The translations under genes were made by a program, and so were the position numbers. The notes under the pieces were generated by a model. It was given only the letters and a program-made list of their open reading frames with translations. It was not told where the DNA came from and did no database searches. A stretch of DNA of 63,185 bases, counting the filler, from Rhabdomonas costata (taxonomy: Eukaryota): NCBI GenBank assembly GCA_019059605.1. It is 46 parts of 46 records of this genome, joined end to end, with 100 filler letters (N's around TTAATTAATTAA, not from the genome) between each part and the next. Parts side by side here need not be neighbours in the genome. Positions count along the whole stretch, not along the records: positions 22,019 to 23,294 come from JAHMHO010020977.1; positions 23,395 to 24,670 come from JAHMHO010020978.1; positions 24,771 to 26,046 come from JAHMHO010020979.1; positions 26,147 to 27,422 come from JAHMHO010020980.1; positions 27,523 to 28,798 come from JAHMHO010020981.1; positions 28,899 to 30,173 come from JAHMHO010020982.1; positions 30,274 to 31,549 come from JAHMHO010020983.1; positions 31,650 to 32,925 come from JAHMHO010020984.1; 38 more parts are not named here. One strand, given 5' to 3'. This document shows positions 22,050 to 35,047 of the stretch, in pieces. Numbering within the stretch: position 1 is the stretch's first letter; each line of letters starts with the position of its first letter.

Positions 22050-23294
22050 ATGCATGTCGACCTTGAGGCGACCTCATCCCAGTCAGACTCTACCCGATTC
22101 CCCTGCGTTTCTGCGGAGCCTCTTGCCCTGTCCACCTCCATAATCAGACCTGGGCAAAGCTCGCCTCATCTGCCCACGGATACTTCGGAACCTTGCTTCG
22201 CTTTCCGGCAATCGCGAGTGCCTTCACAACGCGGAGGTGACCCGTCAATGCGCTCCACTGCGGGATCGCCTCGCATTCCTGCTCCAGTGGCTGCATGGAG
22301 CAGGTCCGTCGCAGTGCCCTCGCCTGCCTGCCGGGTCCCGATGCTGGTGGTCTTCACCGTGCCCACCTTGGTGGTGTTCGCTGCGGTATTCGTTTTCGCA
22401 TATTACCTCATCGTGGGTACGGCCACCAACTCTATACGTGACACGGTTGTTCTACTCAACAATATCTCCGCGGCGAATATCAAGCGGGCTGCGGATGGGT
22501 TTCTGCTCAGCAAAATGGTGATGCTAGGGTCTCTTCAGCCCGTGGCAGGCGTGGTGAAACGTTCTGCGTTGACCACCGTGATGTCGACGACACTGCTGGA
22601 CGACAACAGTTTGAAAAGCCTAACAGTGGTTTACTCGTGTGGGTCGACTGTTATGGTTACTCGTGCCAACCTCAGCGGGAACCTCAGCGGGAACCTCAGC
22701 GGGAACCTCAGCGGGAACCTGAGCGGCAGCTCTCCGCTGTTGGTGGGAACGAGTCCATGCAATGGCACGACGATGGCCTTTCGACAAGTTCGGTCAGATG
22801 GTTCGATTGCGGAACCCGTTGTTGCGACGCAGGCATTCGCGGCGGGTTCTCAGCCATGGTATGAGGCTGCGCAGCAGCTGTCGGATGGCCGCTTTGCCCT
22901 GACAGGTCCATGGGTTGACCCCCTTACAAACCGGGAAGAGTTTTTCCTGAGCTGTCCCCCCGATTTTGACGAACCCAGCATTGTGCCCACGATTCTTGGT
23001 GTGAGTTTTGGGGTGGAGTCGCTGTTTGCAACTGTGAAGGAGGCCTACGAGATGCTGCACACGACGGGGGTACTTCTTCTGATGGATGACTCGAAAAACG
23101 TGCTACTTTCATCATCAGCGAAGGTGCCTGCAGCCGCGGACATAGCGCAGGTCAGCCTTACGACGACAAGCGCTGATGTGCATGTTGCCACCTTGCCGAG
23201 TTTTGGGAAACCCTTCATCCTTGTCGTGGCCATCAATGGGCAAGGCATGGTATCACCTGGCACCGGGCTGTATGCCGTAGTTATCGTTCCACAA
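22050..23294 (+). CDS. Membrane receptor N-terminus: transmembrane helix + dCache-like sensor domain (3' truncated)
   Basis: Intronless ORF over 410 aa with TM MLVVFTVPTLVVFAAVFVFAYYLIV. Cache hallmarks: SQPWYEAA, TGPWVDPLT, ILGVSFGVESL, VLLLMDDSKNVL. Confidence 0.75.
22668..22727 (+). repeat. In-frame 12-bp tandem repeat x5 encoding (NLSG)5
   Basis: AACCTCAGCGGG x4 + AACCTGAGCGGC. Confidence 0.97.
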
Positions 23295-23577
23295 NNNNNN
23301 NNNNNNNNNNNNNNNNNNNNNNNNNNNNNNNNNNNNNNTTAATTAATTAANNNNNNNNNNNNNNNNNNNNNNNNNNNNNNNNNNNNNNNNNNNNTGTGGG
23401 GGCACTCAATCCGGATTGAGTGGATGAGTGAACTGGTCCTTGAAATGCATCTTCGACCAATTCAGTTTCAATACCGGCGTGCCAAAGGCGTCTTTTCGTC
23501 CAGGCTGGTCATCCAGGGAGAAAACTTTTATCCGAATAACAGCACATGCATCACTCCAAGAATCACAGAATGCAGAC

Positions 23578-24484
23578 CTTCTCCTGGTGCCGCCCACAGA
23601 TGGCCATCCCATGAGCCTCCAGCCTGCGCCTCAGAATGTCCAGCCCCAGCCCAGCACCCCCGCACTGGTCCTCCTGCAAAGTGAACACCAGCCTGCGCGA
23701 GGACTGTCCCTTCAAGGGGTACCGCTTCGGAAGCCTCTGAAACAGGAACCGCCCCTGGCAGTTCCATGTCGTGGCCTCGTCGCAAAGGAAGCAGTGATGC
23801 ACCCGCGGGCACAGGCTCATCAGCCGACACGCCAGATTGACAGGCTCACCCAGAATGTCAAAGGCCTTGCGGGAGTCCGAGCCCACAATGCCGCAGAAGG
23901 TATCCCCCGTGGCCACCCCTGAGAACATGGCGCACACTAGTACTCAGCTGGCAAAGATAATGTGGTGCGACAACCAATAAAACCCAACCCAAGCCGCCTG
24001 TCCCTTGTGCGCCGCCACAGCGGTGTCCTCAAGAAAGCCAGAACAGTGACTTTTTGAGTGAGACGAAAGAACAACTATCAAAGAAAAATACTGCGACATT
24101 TTCACACTGACTGCATGACGATTGTCGAGAAGCGTTCCACTTCTTTCGACAATGGGCGATTAATTCCAGGGGGGTGAGGGTGGAAGATCATCGGCGGAGA
24201 GTGATCACACCTCAACAGCGAAACAGGAGCAGTACTGGAGCTTTTTCTAACGTTCCAGTACGGTTTTGTGAGCAGTTGTGTGCATCAGAGTAATCAGATT
24301 AATCACGAATACGGGCATGCAGTACGTGCTCGTCGAAAGAGAGAGGCGAACCGATTTGGCACTGCAGAGTGGAGTTGATGTGGGGGCAGGCCAACATCTC
24401 CATTGCCGCAGTGACCGCGGGGATGGAGGGCTGCTCCGTGGTCTGCACCCCAAACACGGCCACGAGATGCAGGCCCTTGTCGTC
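23578..24484 (-). CDS. Soluble-type (ADCY10-like) class III adenylyl cyclase, second catalytic domain, 2 exons
   Basis: Exons 24484-24352 and 23918-23578 (phase 1): DDKGLHLVAVFG...LQCQI|GVATGDTFCGIVGSDSRKAFDILGEPVNLACRLM...CDEAT...LKG...ICGRHQEK. Confidence 0.88.
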
Positions 24485-25142
24485 CTGAAACCACGCAGGG
24501 CAGCAACTTCCTCGCACAGAAAACGAGACAGGGAATAGGGCTCTGGGGCATCTATGGTGCCGAAGCAAAGGAGGATGTGCGAGGCTTGCCACGACACTCA
24601 CCAAGCTGAAATTATGAGACAAGGCGCACATACAGAAAAGCCCAAACCAAAAGCCTCGCTCAACCCCACCNNNNNNNNNNNNNNNNNNNNNNNNNNNNNN
24701 NNNNNNNNNNNNNNTTAATTAATTAANNNNNNNNNNNNNNNNNNNNNNNNNNNNNNNNNNNNNNNNNNNNGTTGTTTTTGTTCGATGCTGGTCCTGATTC
24801 AGATTTTTTGAAGCTTTTGAAGCACGTCAGTAATGTTATGGATGAGATAGCAAGGTTGGTGTGGTGTTGCGCACATGACATTTTCATTTGTCTGAAGGTG
24901 TGCTATTGCCAGGTTTTCGCCGTCGTACGTGCTTATTTTCTGAGTTTCTGTGGTGGGCACCCCGCAGCATCGGACAAAAATAAAGCAGTATAAATCCCGG
25001 CATGAATTTTCATTCGACACGAAGAAAAATTCCGCGGATGCCACAACTTCATGGAACCCAACTAAACAGCTGTAAGAAAGCAGCTGTTGCGGGTGCACAA
25101 AAACATACATCTGCAAACACGGAAAACACATACACACTCACG

Positions 25143-26030
25143 CGGACAGAGAGAGACGGGTTTGCAACCATCAAGTGGCACCACGGGTCCCAGCAAAAGA
25201 CTGGTGACCGCGCACCATTGGCATTCGCCTCGCCCTACAAAAGAAAACGAGCGAACTTCAGCATTACCCCAACCTGAGAAGCAAGGCCCACAGTTCGGTT
25301 GAATAACCTCAGTAGTGAAGACACAGTGATGGATGGATGGGCCCGCAAACGCATGTGGGAAAACACTGCCAGTTTCCAAACCGCAAGCCATGGGCATGGA
25401 CCCCACCTCTCACTTTTTACCACTCAGCCAACTAAAAGACTTGTCTGTAATGAAAACAGCGTTTTGGGTGAAGGTGGCACAGGTTTCAGGCGTTTTTCAG
25501 TTCTTGGACCAATTGCATGAGTGAGAGAAACCCAAATTTTGGACAGAAGCCAGCGCGGTGGTGGCATTCACCCGGCATTCAAGCACACCTCCTCCAAACT
25601 CCATATGAGATGACCGCAGGCAAGCCCCCTCAACTTCGGCGGCGAAGGTCGAAGGAAGCACACATCTGCAGAAAAACAAATTCTAAACAGAAAATGTTCT
25701 AGAACGAAAGCTGATATACACCACAACCCTCACAGGGTCAGAAGGGCCCCACCGGTTTATGCAACGGCCCAGTTGTGTTTGTACTTTCGGATGAACTAAA
25801 TCCGAGTAGGATTCTGCATTTTGCATAATCTCTTCCCCAAAGAGCGGGCAACTGACGTGAAACAGGTATGGAAAGAAGTCGGTTTGGAGTGCGGGGGGGG
25901 GAGACGGTGACACACTGGAGGACATCCAGAATGGCTCCAGCGGCGGATGCTTCGACAGTTAGGTTCAGTTGCAGCCGGAAGGACAACCCGGTGTCCAGCT
26001 CGTAAGTAAAGCGAGACCCTGTCGGCAACC
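25143..26030 (-). CDS. Hypothetical protein, several candidate exons
   Basis: Open blocks PTGSRFTYELDTGLSFRLQLNLTV, CVLPSTFAAEVEGACL..SCNW (after TTCTGCAG) and RGECQWCAV..LCP (TTTGTAG..GTGAGT). No family recognised. Confidence 0.3.
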
Positions 26031-26560
26031 CCCCACCCAGGATGCANNNNNNNNNNNNNNNNNNNNNNNNNNNNNNNNNNNNNNNNNNNNTTAATTAATT
26101 AANNNNNNNNNNNNNNNNNNNNNNNNNNNNNNNNNNNNNNNNNNNNGGGGTTTGGGTGTCACGTGCTGCGTTTCCTGCCCGTCCTGCTGCCGCTGTCAAT
26201 ACAGTGAAGAATGATAAAGAAAGGCTTCAGGGGGCACACCTGCCGAACCTGCCGAGGCTGAAAGGACTTGACCCGGCCCTGAAACTTTTTGGGTGGCTTT
26301 CTGCGCGCGCGATATTTCTGTCATTTTTCAAAAATATACCTGCATCGTCTACAATCAAGGTTACCGTCATCAGCAAGGGAACGAGCAATGCGGCCTCTAT
26401 TTCCGCTCGCAAATAGCTAACTCACAACATCACAAAATAGTCGCGGGCTACGGAAAAGGAAAGGGTCCAATGGGGGACGGGGGTGTCTCGAACAACAAAA
26501 AGGGCAAGCTACGCAGCCTCAAAGAAGCAGACCAACATAAGGAACAAACAAGCAAATGTC

Positions 26561-26720
26561 CTGGCACACCGCCGTGCAGCTAGGCGGACGATGTGCCAGC
26601 CTACAGTTCTTTCTCTTGTCAAAAACCAAACCCGATGAAAAACAAGCGTTTTTTTCAAAAAAAAACCCTTCCAAGCCTGCACAAAGGCAAAAGGAGCTCA
26701 AAACGCCCAAAAACGTCCAG
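26561..26720 (+). repeat. Dispersed repeat, copy 1 (hairpin-terminated)
   Basis: 26561-26621 matches the reverse complement of 34525-34585 at 55/61 nt. A second block near 26672-26718 matches near 34450-34498. Confidence 0.85.
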
Positions 26721-29230
26721 TCCGGTCCGGGAGTGACTGGAAAGAGAATGGGGGCCTTTACTGGTCCATCACATCCGGGAACTGTTGACCCCCACGAGAT
26801 CCTGGCCTGTGAATAAGCTGCTCTGCTTTGCAGAGCGCGACTGTGGCTCTGCCAGCACTCTTCATGAAGTTGGCTTGGAAACCATCGTTTCTCTGTCGCT
26901 CTCGAAACGAAATAATACCGGTTCTCTTTGGGGTGCACTGAATTCAGGGATGGGGAGTTTAGCAATATACATTTTTCCTGTGAACCACGCCGCAGTTACA
27001 CAAAAAACCCGAAGAACGCCACAATACACCAAACTGGCCCCGTTCGGAGTGGGTTTGTTTTGTGTAAATATGTTGTGGGTGCTGTCGTAAACCTTCCGCT
27101 GCGTGGGGCAAGGAGCGGCACAAAAGGGATACCAAAGAGCCGCCCAAGGGAGCCACAACAGGCCGTGGGTGAAAGATCAGAAAATTCTGACCTTAAGGAC
27201 GGGCCACGCGTTTCGGGAGACCTGTTGTATACAAAACACCCCAGGCTGCTTCGCTTAGCCCTCTTTGTTCGGTGGGAAACAGGTTTAACTTTTAACCTTT
27301 AATGATTTAATGATTGATTTAATGACATGCACAAATTCCTGGGGACGTTGTCGTGAAAGATGCGAAAGGGTCACAACCCGTTCCCGTGGGATTACTCGTT
27401 GCCTTCAACTGCAAACACCCACNNNNNNNNNNNNNNNNNNNNNNNNNNNNNNNNNNNNNNNNNNNNTTAATTAATTAANNNNNNNNNNNNNNNNNNNNNN
27501 NNNNNNNNNNNNNNNNNNNNNNGCACAGGAAGAAAGACAAGAGAAAGGATAACCACCTGTTGTGTCGGTGCGCGTTTAAGAGGAAAAAAAGTGCGGAGGC
27601 TGGAGCTGAATCACTCCAATGCGAGAGTGAAGACGGAGGATAGGCTGCTTTGGGCAGAGGCAGATGGGTTCGGAATTGGAGCGCACATGACCATGCTCAT
27701 GGCCTATTGCCGTTCCTAGGCGCATCTAGATCAAGATGATTACTCGGTAATAAATAACCCAAGTGAAGAAAATAGAAAAGGCCCGGAGGGGAGTCACCAC
27801 CTCAATGGTGGGCCCTAATTTGTGAAAAAAATATTTTTCGGGTGCCTCCACCACCTATCCTACCGGAATTAAAGTATTCTGCACTCGCCGTTCCGACGGT
27901 AGGCCGGGTGGTGTCAAAATTTGGAATCAAAACTACGGTAAGAGCCGTTCAAGAGCAAATTCCTATTAGCACAGACACACGCAATGAGCAAAAACACACT
28001 GGCACAGCGCTCGATATTATATGATGATATGATGCGCCTGAATAGCCCAGGAGGAGACTTCAGTGGCAAACCAGGGCTTCATGCTTCAATTTCCCGGTTG
28101 CACGACCCTTGAATCAGAAGATTCCGGAGATTTCAGGTTTCAGAAGATTCATTTCCCTTCAAAAAGAACGTCTTAGGTAGGTTGGGATTATGTACATTTT
28201 GATTTCATTTTGATGTTGGTTCTAGCGTTTGCAGAGTCGTCTGGGCGGGTCATTTACCCTTTGTTATTTGGTGGAGCGTCCTGATTTTCATCAAGGGCAA
28301 CACAAGCAGCACGAGGAGCCATTTGCAGAAGACATTTTTGGGAGAGAAATTCCACAAGTATATCATCATGGACATCAGTTCAGCACAGCAGAAGGACTTC
28401 CGCGAAGATTTAGATTTTGCAGATTTCAACATTTCCCTGCCCGTAACCTAACACAACCCAAAGCCTGAAGTAGGAGCCCGGCCCCGAATTCAGATGAAAA
28501 CCACGAGGGCAACTATTCAGTAAGCCACAACTACACCAGAAGAGGCCCATGAAGGTAAAAGGCTTCCGGCATGCAGACACGCAGTTGCCAGAAGAAGTGC
28601 ACATACACATACACATACGTGTGACAAGGCAGCTGTGGAAAGAAAAAGAATAGCGCCCAGATATGGCTCTTCCGCAGAGAAGGAGAGAACGATAAAACGA
28701 CGAAAGAAAAAAGAGCAAATAATATCACATAATATCTGCTCGGTTTCATGGGCTTTCCCGACTACTAACGAACCACAGCTGCGGAAATAAACCACAAANN
28801 NNNNNNNNNNNNNNNNNNNNNNNNNNNNNNNNNNNNNNNNNNTTAATTAATTAANNNNNNNNNNNNNNNNNNNNNNNNNNNNNNNNNNNNNNNNNNNNAG
28901 AGAGAAAACGACAGAGAACACCCCCCCCCCCAAGCTTACTTCGTGGAGGAGTACACTGCGTTAGCATCAACCAGTTCCCACGCCATGAATGAGACTCAAT
29001 GACGTAAACCGCGCTAATGTCAGGTTCGACCACTCCAAATGCAACATTAGGCGGTATAGCAATGTAACAACGGGGTGACACCGTTTAGACCGCCACCACC
29101 CACCCACTCGCAAACACCAAATGCCACGGACCCGAAGTTGAATGGAAAGTGTTTGATTCAATAAGCTGTGCGCTGCAGCAGTGCTGTCTGTCATGTTTCC
29201 GCCTGGGGATCCAAATCTGAACAGCCCATA

Positions 29231-29323
29231 CCGTTGGAGTGGTAGACCACTCCAACGCGAGAAGGTCTTCGCAAGGAACGAGAAGTAGCACGACCACCAG
29301 CCACCGGGCCGGCAGGGCCTGCA
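29231..29323 (-). CDS. Candidate first exon encoding a signal peptide
   Basis: MQALPARWLVVVLLLVPCEDLLALEWSTTPT followed by a GTATGG donor. Confidence 0.4.
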
Positions 29324-32300
29324 TTTTAGGAGGGGGGGGGTGGCACGATGGTGGCGTATTTTTTCTCTTTTTGAAAAAAGCAAATAAGAGAAGTGGACTT
29401 GGGCGCTGTTCGCGGCGAAGGTGGTGACCGAGAGGAAGGGTGATAGCGCAAATAAAAGGCCAAAGCAAAGAGGCACCTTCAAAAGAATGACAGCACAAGA
29501 CAAACACAAAAGCAAAGCGCAGCGGTCCGCAAAAGATGTCTAGAGACAGAACTTCGTTGGCACCAAAATCCGGCAAAATCAATGTCGATGTGGAGTGTCC
29601 AAGGATCCAGGTCTAACCCGGGTATGGGATCAATGCGGGCATCTCTGACAGTAAGCGCAGCCACGGCTATCCTTGACACTTTCCTACCTCCCCCAAACCT
29701 TATCCATTAAAAGGCAAAACCATTGTCCACAACACGTTGCTTTGTACTTTTTCATCACAGTGCGTGGAAAGCCCACCGAGAAAAAGGAGTGAGAGATCGG
29801 GCGGATCAAAAACCACTGCTGAGGAGTTGGACGACGGGGGCTCGCAGACAACAGGCAGGCTGGGGACAACAGGCAGACGCAGTTATTGAGGAAGTGGTGA
29901 TGGTCTGAGCTGGAAAAAAAAGCGCACAAAAACGGCGCAAAGTGGAAGATAACAACGCAAATTCCATTTCTCTGCTTCCTGCCGCCCCTCCACTGGCCAG
30001 CTCTCTTCAGGAAACAGGACGTGTACGAGGTGGGGGGACTCTTATTCTGGAGGGCGAAGAACGTATGGGAGAGAGGAGGGAAGGGGGCAAGGTGGTGCAG
30101 GATGAAGGCAGAAGACAGGGCGGCGGCGGCGGCGGCGGCGCCCTGTCTTCTGCCTTCATCCTGCACCTCCCCCNNNNNNNNNNNNNNNNNNNNNNNNNNN
30201 NNNNNNNNNNNNNNNNNTTAATTAATTAANNNNNNNNNNNNNNNNNNNNNNNNNNNNNNNNNNNNNNNNNNNNGGGGTTTTGGGTTTACTGTGAATGGGA
30301 GCCAGTTTCAAATGGATTTATGTGCCTTGCATTCACGTGCCTTTGCAAAGGGAAATTTGAGAGCCTCCTGACAAACGCAGAAAGGCGCTGGGCAAGAACA
30401 TCCCGAGTTCCACAACGGCGTGATATGAATGACGACGTCAAACGTATACAACCCGGTACTACTGCACTGAAGTTATATGAGGATGATTCCCTCTCCTTCG
30501 TTGGGAACACCAGGTTGGGTGAACTCGCCCAGATATCTTGGGTGGAGTTCGTTATGGATCAGATTGGGTTGAGATTGTTTTCAAAAGGAATTTGAAGGAA
30601 GCCATTGACTTCCGCAGAAGCGGTAGTGTGCAACAATGGATTTAACAAGCACAAGAACAACGGCAGAAGCAGCAGACATATGACGCCGTTATATGCGCAC
30701 GCCGCTGTTGAGCAGATAACTCGACCCCCAAAAAAAACTTACCCCTCAGATATCTACATCACCAAACAGTGTGCAAGTGCAAGATGAGCGTCGATTCTTG
30801 CAAGATTATTTCCAAAAGTCCAAGGCAAAAGGCAGACGCAGCACCGACCTGGGCGGGAACAACTTCATTGGATGTAGCACAGCCCATTCGTCGTGACCCA
30901 CGTAGCAAATGAGATCAAAAAAAGTGAGAATGAATTGCAGAAAGCAAAAGAATCACACAGGCATGTTCTGTACCAGAAACCAAATGTGGGGAAAGGAGAC
31001 GCAAAATCAGACCAAGGCCAAATCAACCCAGAAACTGGGGACAACTGGAGAACCTGAGTCCCGCTCAGATCACTTTCTTTCTCTGATCTTCCTCTGATTA
31101 TGGACGCTTCCCTTATCTCCGGAAGAGTGCGGTTTCCGTTTTTTCGCCTCCAACACGCCGGCAGTGCTGAAAGATAGTTCCAATTCCGCAGTGATGCAGG
31201 ATAAAACAGGATGGTATGACGGTCCGATGCATTTTTTGGGGGTAATGACGTTTAACAGCTTGCTTAGGTTAAACCGCTAACGGCTTGGTACGAGACACCA
31301 GACATTTGCATTGGGGTATTTTTTTCCTCGGTATTTCAGGTAATTTGGAGCGCTGACTTCGGTGGCTTTGCTCGGGAAGACGACGAACGGTTCCCAGGAG
31401 ATAAAGGAACAGAGTTGTTTTAGTGACGAAGGAGAGCGCGGGAACGTTGCCCAGGGGTACATCCATTAGCATCAAAACCGACCCTTGTGCAAAGGACACA
31501 CTATGCCGACACTATGCAAGTTTGGTTCCAGACTCCAAATCAACGCTAANNNNNNNNNNNNNNNNNNNNNNNNNNNNNNNNNNNNNNNNNNNNTTAATTA
31601 ATTAANNNNNNNNNNNNNNNNNNNNNNNNNNNNNNNNNNNNNNNNNNNNGTTTGTGGGGAACCTAGAGGCAAAAAAACGCGCTTCGGGGCTTAACTCGAT
31701 CATTGTGGGATGCTCTCATTTCAGACCTGGTCAGTGATCAATTTTTGCGTTGAATAAACTGCTGTCTTCGGTTCGACGGAGAACAATTTGACGTGCGGTA
31801 GTTGGTTTTTAGCACCAGTTTTTCGATCAACGCGGGCGCATATTGCCTGCCCCATCACATATTGCCTGCCCCATCCCCTTTCACCACTTTGTCCTTATCT
31901 CTCCACACTCCGCAGGATTTCAATTCTTTTAAGCGAGAATGGAAACAGAAGAATCGTAAAAAGAAAGGATTTCAAGTTCCCATGATTACGGGGGCAAAAT
32001 TTGCAGGGAGGTCCGGTTGAGGAGAGGTATGAACGCCCCCTTCCCCAAAACGATTTGCCCAGTCTTTTTCTTTCCGTCACACATCTCGGTTTTATCAATT
32101 ATGCATTTGCTCAGCCCTTCTCTTCTTTTCTCCCCTTGCGTTCAGCTTCTGTTTTTATCATTTGCCTCTACTTCTCGCCACACCTTTTTTTTACATTGCT
32201 ATATAGCCAGTTTCAGCCATTCTGGAGTGTAAAACTTGGCGTATCAAAACACGCCTGAAAGGCAATGTGCATCTGGTACAATTTACACCTGGAAAATTTG

Positions 32301-32519
32301 TTCCATACATCACTGATAGGATATTGTCACTCGTGGGGGACGGCCGTCAGGTGTTTCTGTGCCGTCTTGAGGTACACCACACCGCATCCTTCTGTCCTCG
32401 CAGCAATTTGCTATTCTTCTGCCAGTCTTATCCTTTCGTGGGAATTTCTTTCAAAGGAAATGGCTTTGCTCTGCAGCTGCCCTTCTCTGCAATTCCACTG
32501 TCCTCCGCGCCCACACTTT

Positions 32520-32750
32520 CCCCTCCCCTCCTTCTGATGGGCCTGTCCACAATTTCTGTGGTTCTGATTGGGACAGTGACTTTCCGGCTGACGATGGTGT
32601 GGGGCGTGAACACCGTCAAGCCTATCGCGGAAGAGTACCGCGAGCTTGCCTGCAACATAGTGCAGGATGAGGCGGTGGGCTTCATGTGGCAGCTGATAGA
32701 CAGCACTCGGCAGCTGTCGATGTACGCCGGGAACCCGGAAAATGGTCCAG
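32520..32750 (+). CDS. Exon with a transmembrane helix and stalk, receptor-like
   Basis: GC3-rich LLLMGLSTISVVLIGTVTFRLTMVWGVNTVKPIAEEYRELACNIVQDEAVGFM, ending CAG|GT. Same TM + long-helix layout as the 22050 ORF. Confidence 0.45.
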
Positions 32751-33053
32751 GTTTGTTCCCATTCATAAGAGGCTCAAAGGCCAAAGTGACGAATTGGGGT
32801 GGATGTGCAGCTCGTTGTGCGCTCACTTTTTGGATTAATTTTTGACAAAATCATTACGATCACTCTGCGACTTAATCGTGAATCTTAACACCTCCCACCT
32901 CCTCCCAATTGCGGCGATAGTCTTTNNNNNNNNNNNNNNNNNNNNNNNNNNNNNNNNNNNNNNNNNNNNTTAATTAATTAANNNNNNNNNNNNNNNNNNN
33001 NNNNNNNNNNNNNNNNNNNNNNNNNTGTGGGGTGGTGTGCGGTGGGGTTTCAG

Positions 33054-34283
33054 GAAGAGTCCGAGGCACAGCGGATCTCGCTGCAGAAAAAGAAGAAGAG
33101 CAAGGAGGATGAGATCCTGGAGTTCACGAACCAGCTCTCCAAGCTTCAGGTGTCTTCAGGAGGGAACAGGAGTCACAAATGGGAACCCTCTGCACGATAT
33201 TAGAAGAGCGAGTTGAGTACTGCTCCTGTCTTACTCGAGAGAGTGTCCCGAACACGTACACTCCATGACGTTGGCGTCCCGATGAGCAGGCGCAGTTGAG
33301 TACATCCTCACTTCATGTCCTTGGGCGTATAACGCAGGAGATGGAGAACCAGCTCGCAGAATAACTGTGTGAGGGACTCTGCACTCTTGTGAAGGAGGTA
33401 TTAATTGACCTTGGAGCAAAATGGATTCGCCATTTGTTGTTGCTGGACAGGTGCAACTGGGGTGATTATGAGCCACCTCAAAACTGCAGTTAGCGTGAAG
33501 GTGGTTTCGGCACTGGCAGCAAGGGCAATGCCAACAAACCCTGTCGGTTGTCAAAACACGCACAACACACGATACAGGCCCGCACGCACACATGGCCTCT
33601 CCATCAGGATGTTCTGGAGCAAACCCACAAGGCCACCGTGCAGGCCCAGGACGATATCGAGAGCAACGTGGAGAACAAGTGCAACACTACGAAGACCATT
33701 GGGCAGATCCGGATGGCCACCCAGAACCTCTACGACCGCTGCATGGAGGTCAACAAGCAGCACAAGAAGGTGCGTGTGGGAGGTGTCCATTTGCGTCAGT
33801 CTCCAACCTTTTGGTTGGGTCTCCCTCTTGATCAGAGCTAGCAATCAAGCGAGCAACCCAGACGAAGGGGAGGCAAAGGGAGGTTCGGCCATACCTCGGT
33901 GCTTGTTGGCCGCCAGGGACAGCCCCACCGCTATTGATCAGGACGGCTACAACCCGCGGACCTTGCGAAGCAGCAAGGGCACAGCGAGCTCATAAAGTGG
34001 CTGCGGGAATGCCAGCAGGACGCTGCTGCTAAAAGCCCCTCCCCCCGTGGGTCAAGATGCACCTCGCAGTTTACAGCCACTGGAGGCTCCACTGACTCTC
34101 TCTCTCTCTCTCCTGGGCGCGCACGCATCGCAGGGTGTGAAGCTGGCCACCGACGAGCAGAGCGGGGATATCCTGTTCCAGCTGCACTTCGTCGGGGACT
34201 GCCTCTCCGACTACATCTACATACTGGACAAGGAGAGGGAGCGCCAGCGCGCGGCCCGAATGGCCGCTGCGGCCGCCCAGTAA
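33054..34283 (+). CDS. CCDC42/CFAP73-family flagellar coiled-coil protein, C-terminal exons
   Basis: Exons 33054-33149, 33608-33769 and 34134-34283(stop): KEDEILEFTNQLSKLQ|...TKTIGQIRMATQNLYDRC...|...DILFQLHFVGDCLSDY. The GQI-x-MA-x-x-NL motif is characteristic. Confidence 0.75.
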
Positions 34284-34449
34284 CTGGGAAACACAACCCA
34301 CNNNNNNNNNNNNNNNNNNNNNNNNNNNNNNNNNNNNNNNNNNNNTTAATTAATTAANNNNNNNNNNNNNNNNNNNNNNNNNNNNNNNNNNNNNNNNNNN
34401 NGGTGTGGTGGAAGGCTTCGGTTTAGAGCCACGCTAGAGGCCATTTCAG

Positions 34450-34585
34450 GGCCCTTTTGGGGTGTTTTCGGGCCCCTTTTGCCTTTTCACAGGCTTGCAA
34501 GGGCCGTTTTGCAGGCCTGCATACTGATAAGAGAAAGAACTGTAGGCTGGCACACCGTCCGCCCATCTGCACGCCAGTGTGCCAG
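34450..34585 (-). repeat. Dispersed repeat, copy 2
   Basis: Reverse-complement match to 26561-26720. Confidence 0.85.
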
Positions 34586-35047
34586 CAACAATTTTCGTGT
34601 ATTGTTATTACCCTCTTCACGGTCATGATTTTCTCGAAGTGCTCAACTTCTGCGGGCACTCCGCTTGCACGCTCGCGGAACTTCCAGGCGTACTCGCGGA
34701 TGTGTCTCGAAACTTGTTGTGGGTGCTGGCCATGCGTTTTGGGGCTAGGACAGCTCCAACAATGCGGCAAGAAGGCTGGAAGACGGAAAGCTGAACTGAA
34801 ATTCAAGGGAGAGAGAGGCTGCATCATTGAAAACCTCATCGAGTTGATCTTTTTGGCCATTGTAGCGGAGTCCCTTGGAAGTGCTGGAAAAAGGTCGTCA
34901 CCCTATGTGCCCTTTTTTCTCATGGATTGGCTTCTGCCTGCTATTACCTCTGGAAAAGGCGAGCTGTGTATTGGTGTGCTGGCATATGAAACTGAAGAAC
35001 GCTGAAGTGCTGCTGTGAAATTCTTCCTTATGCTTGCTCCCGGGCAG

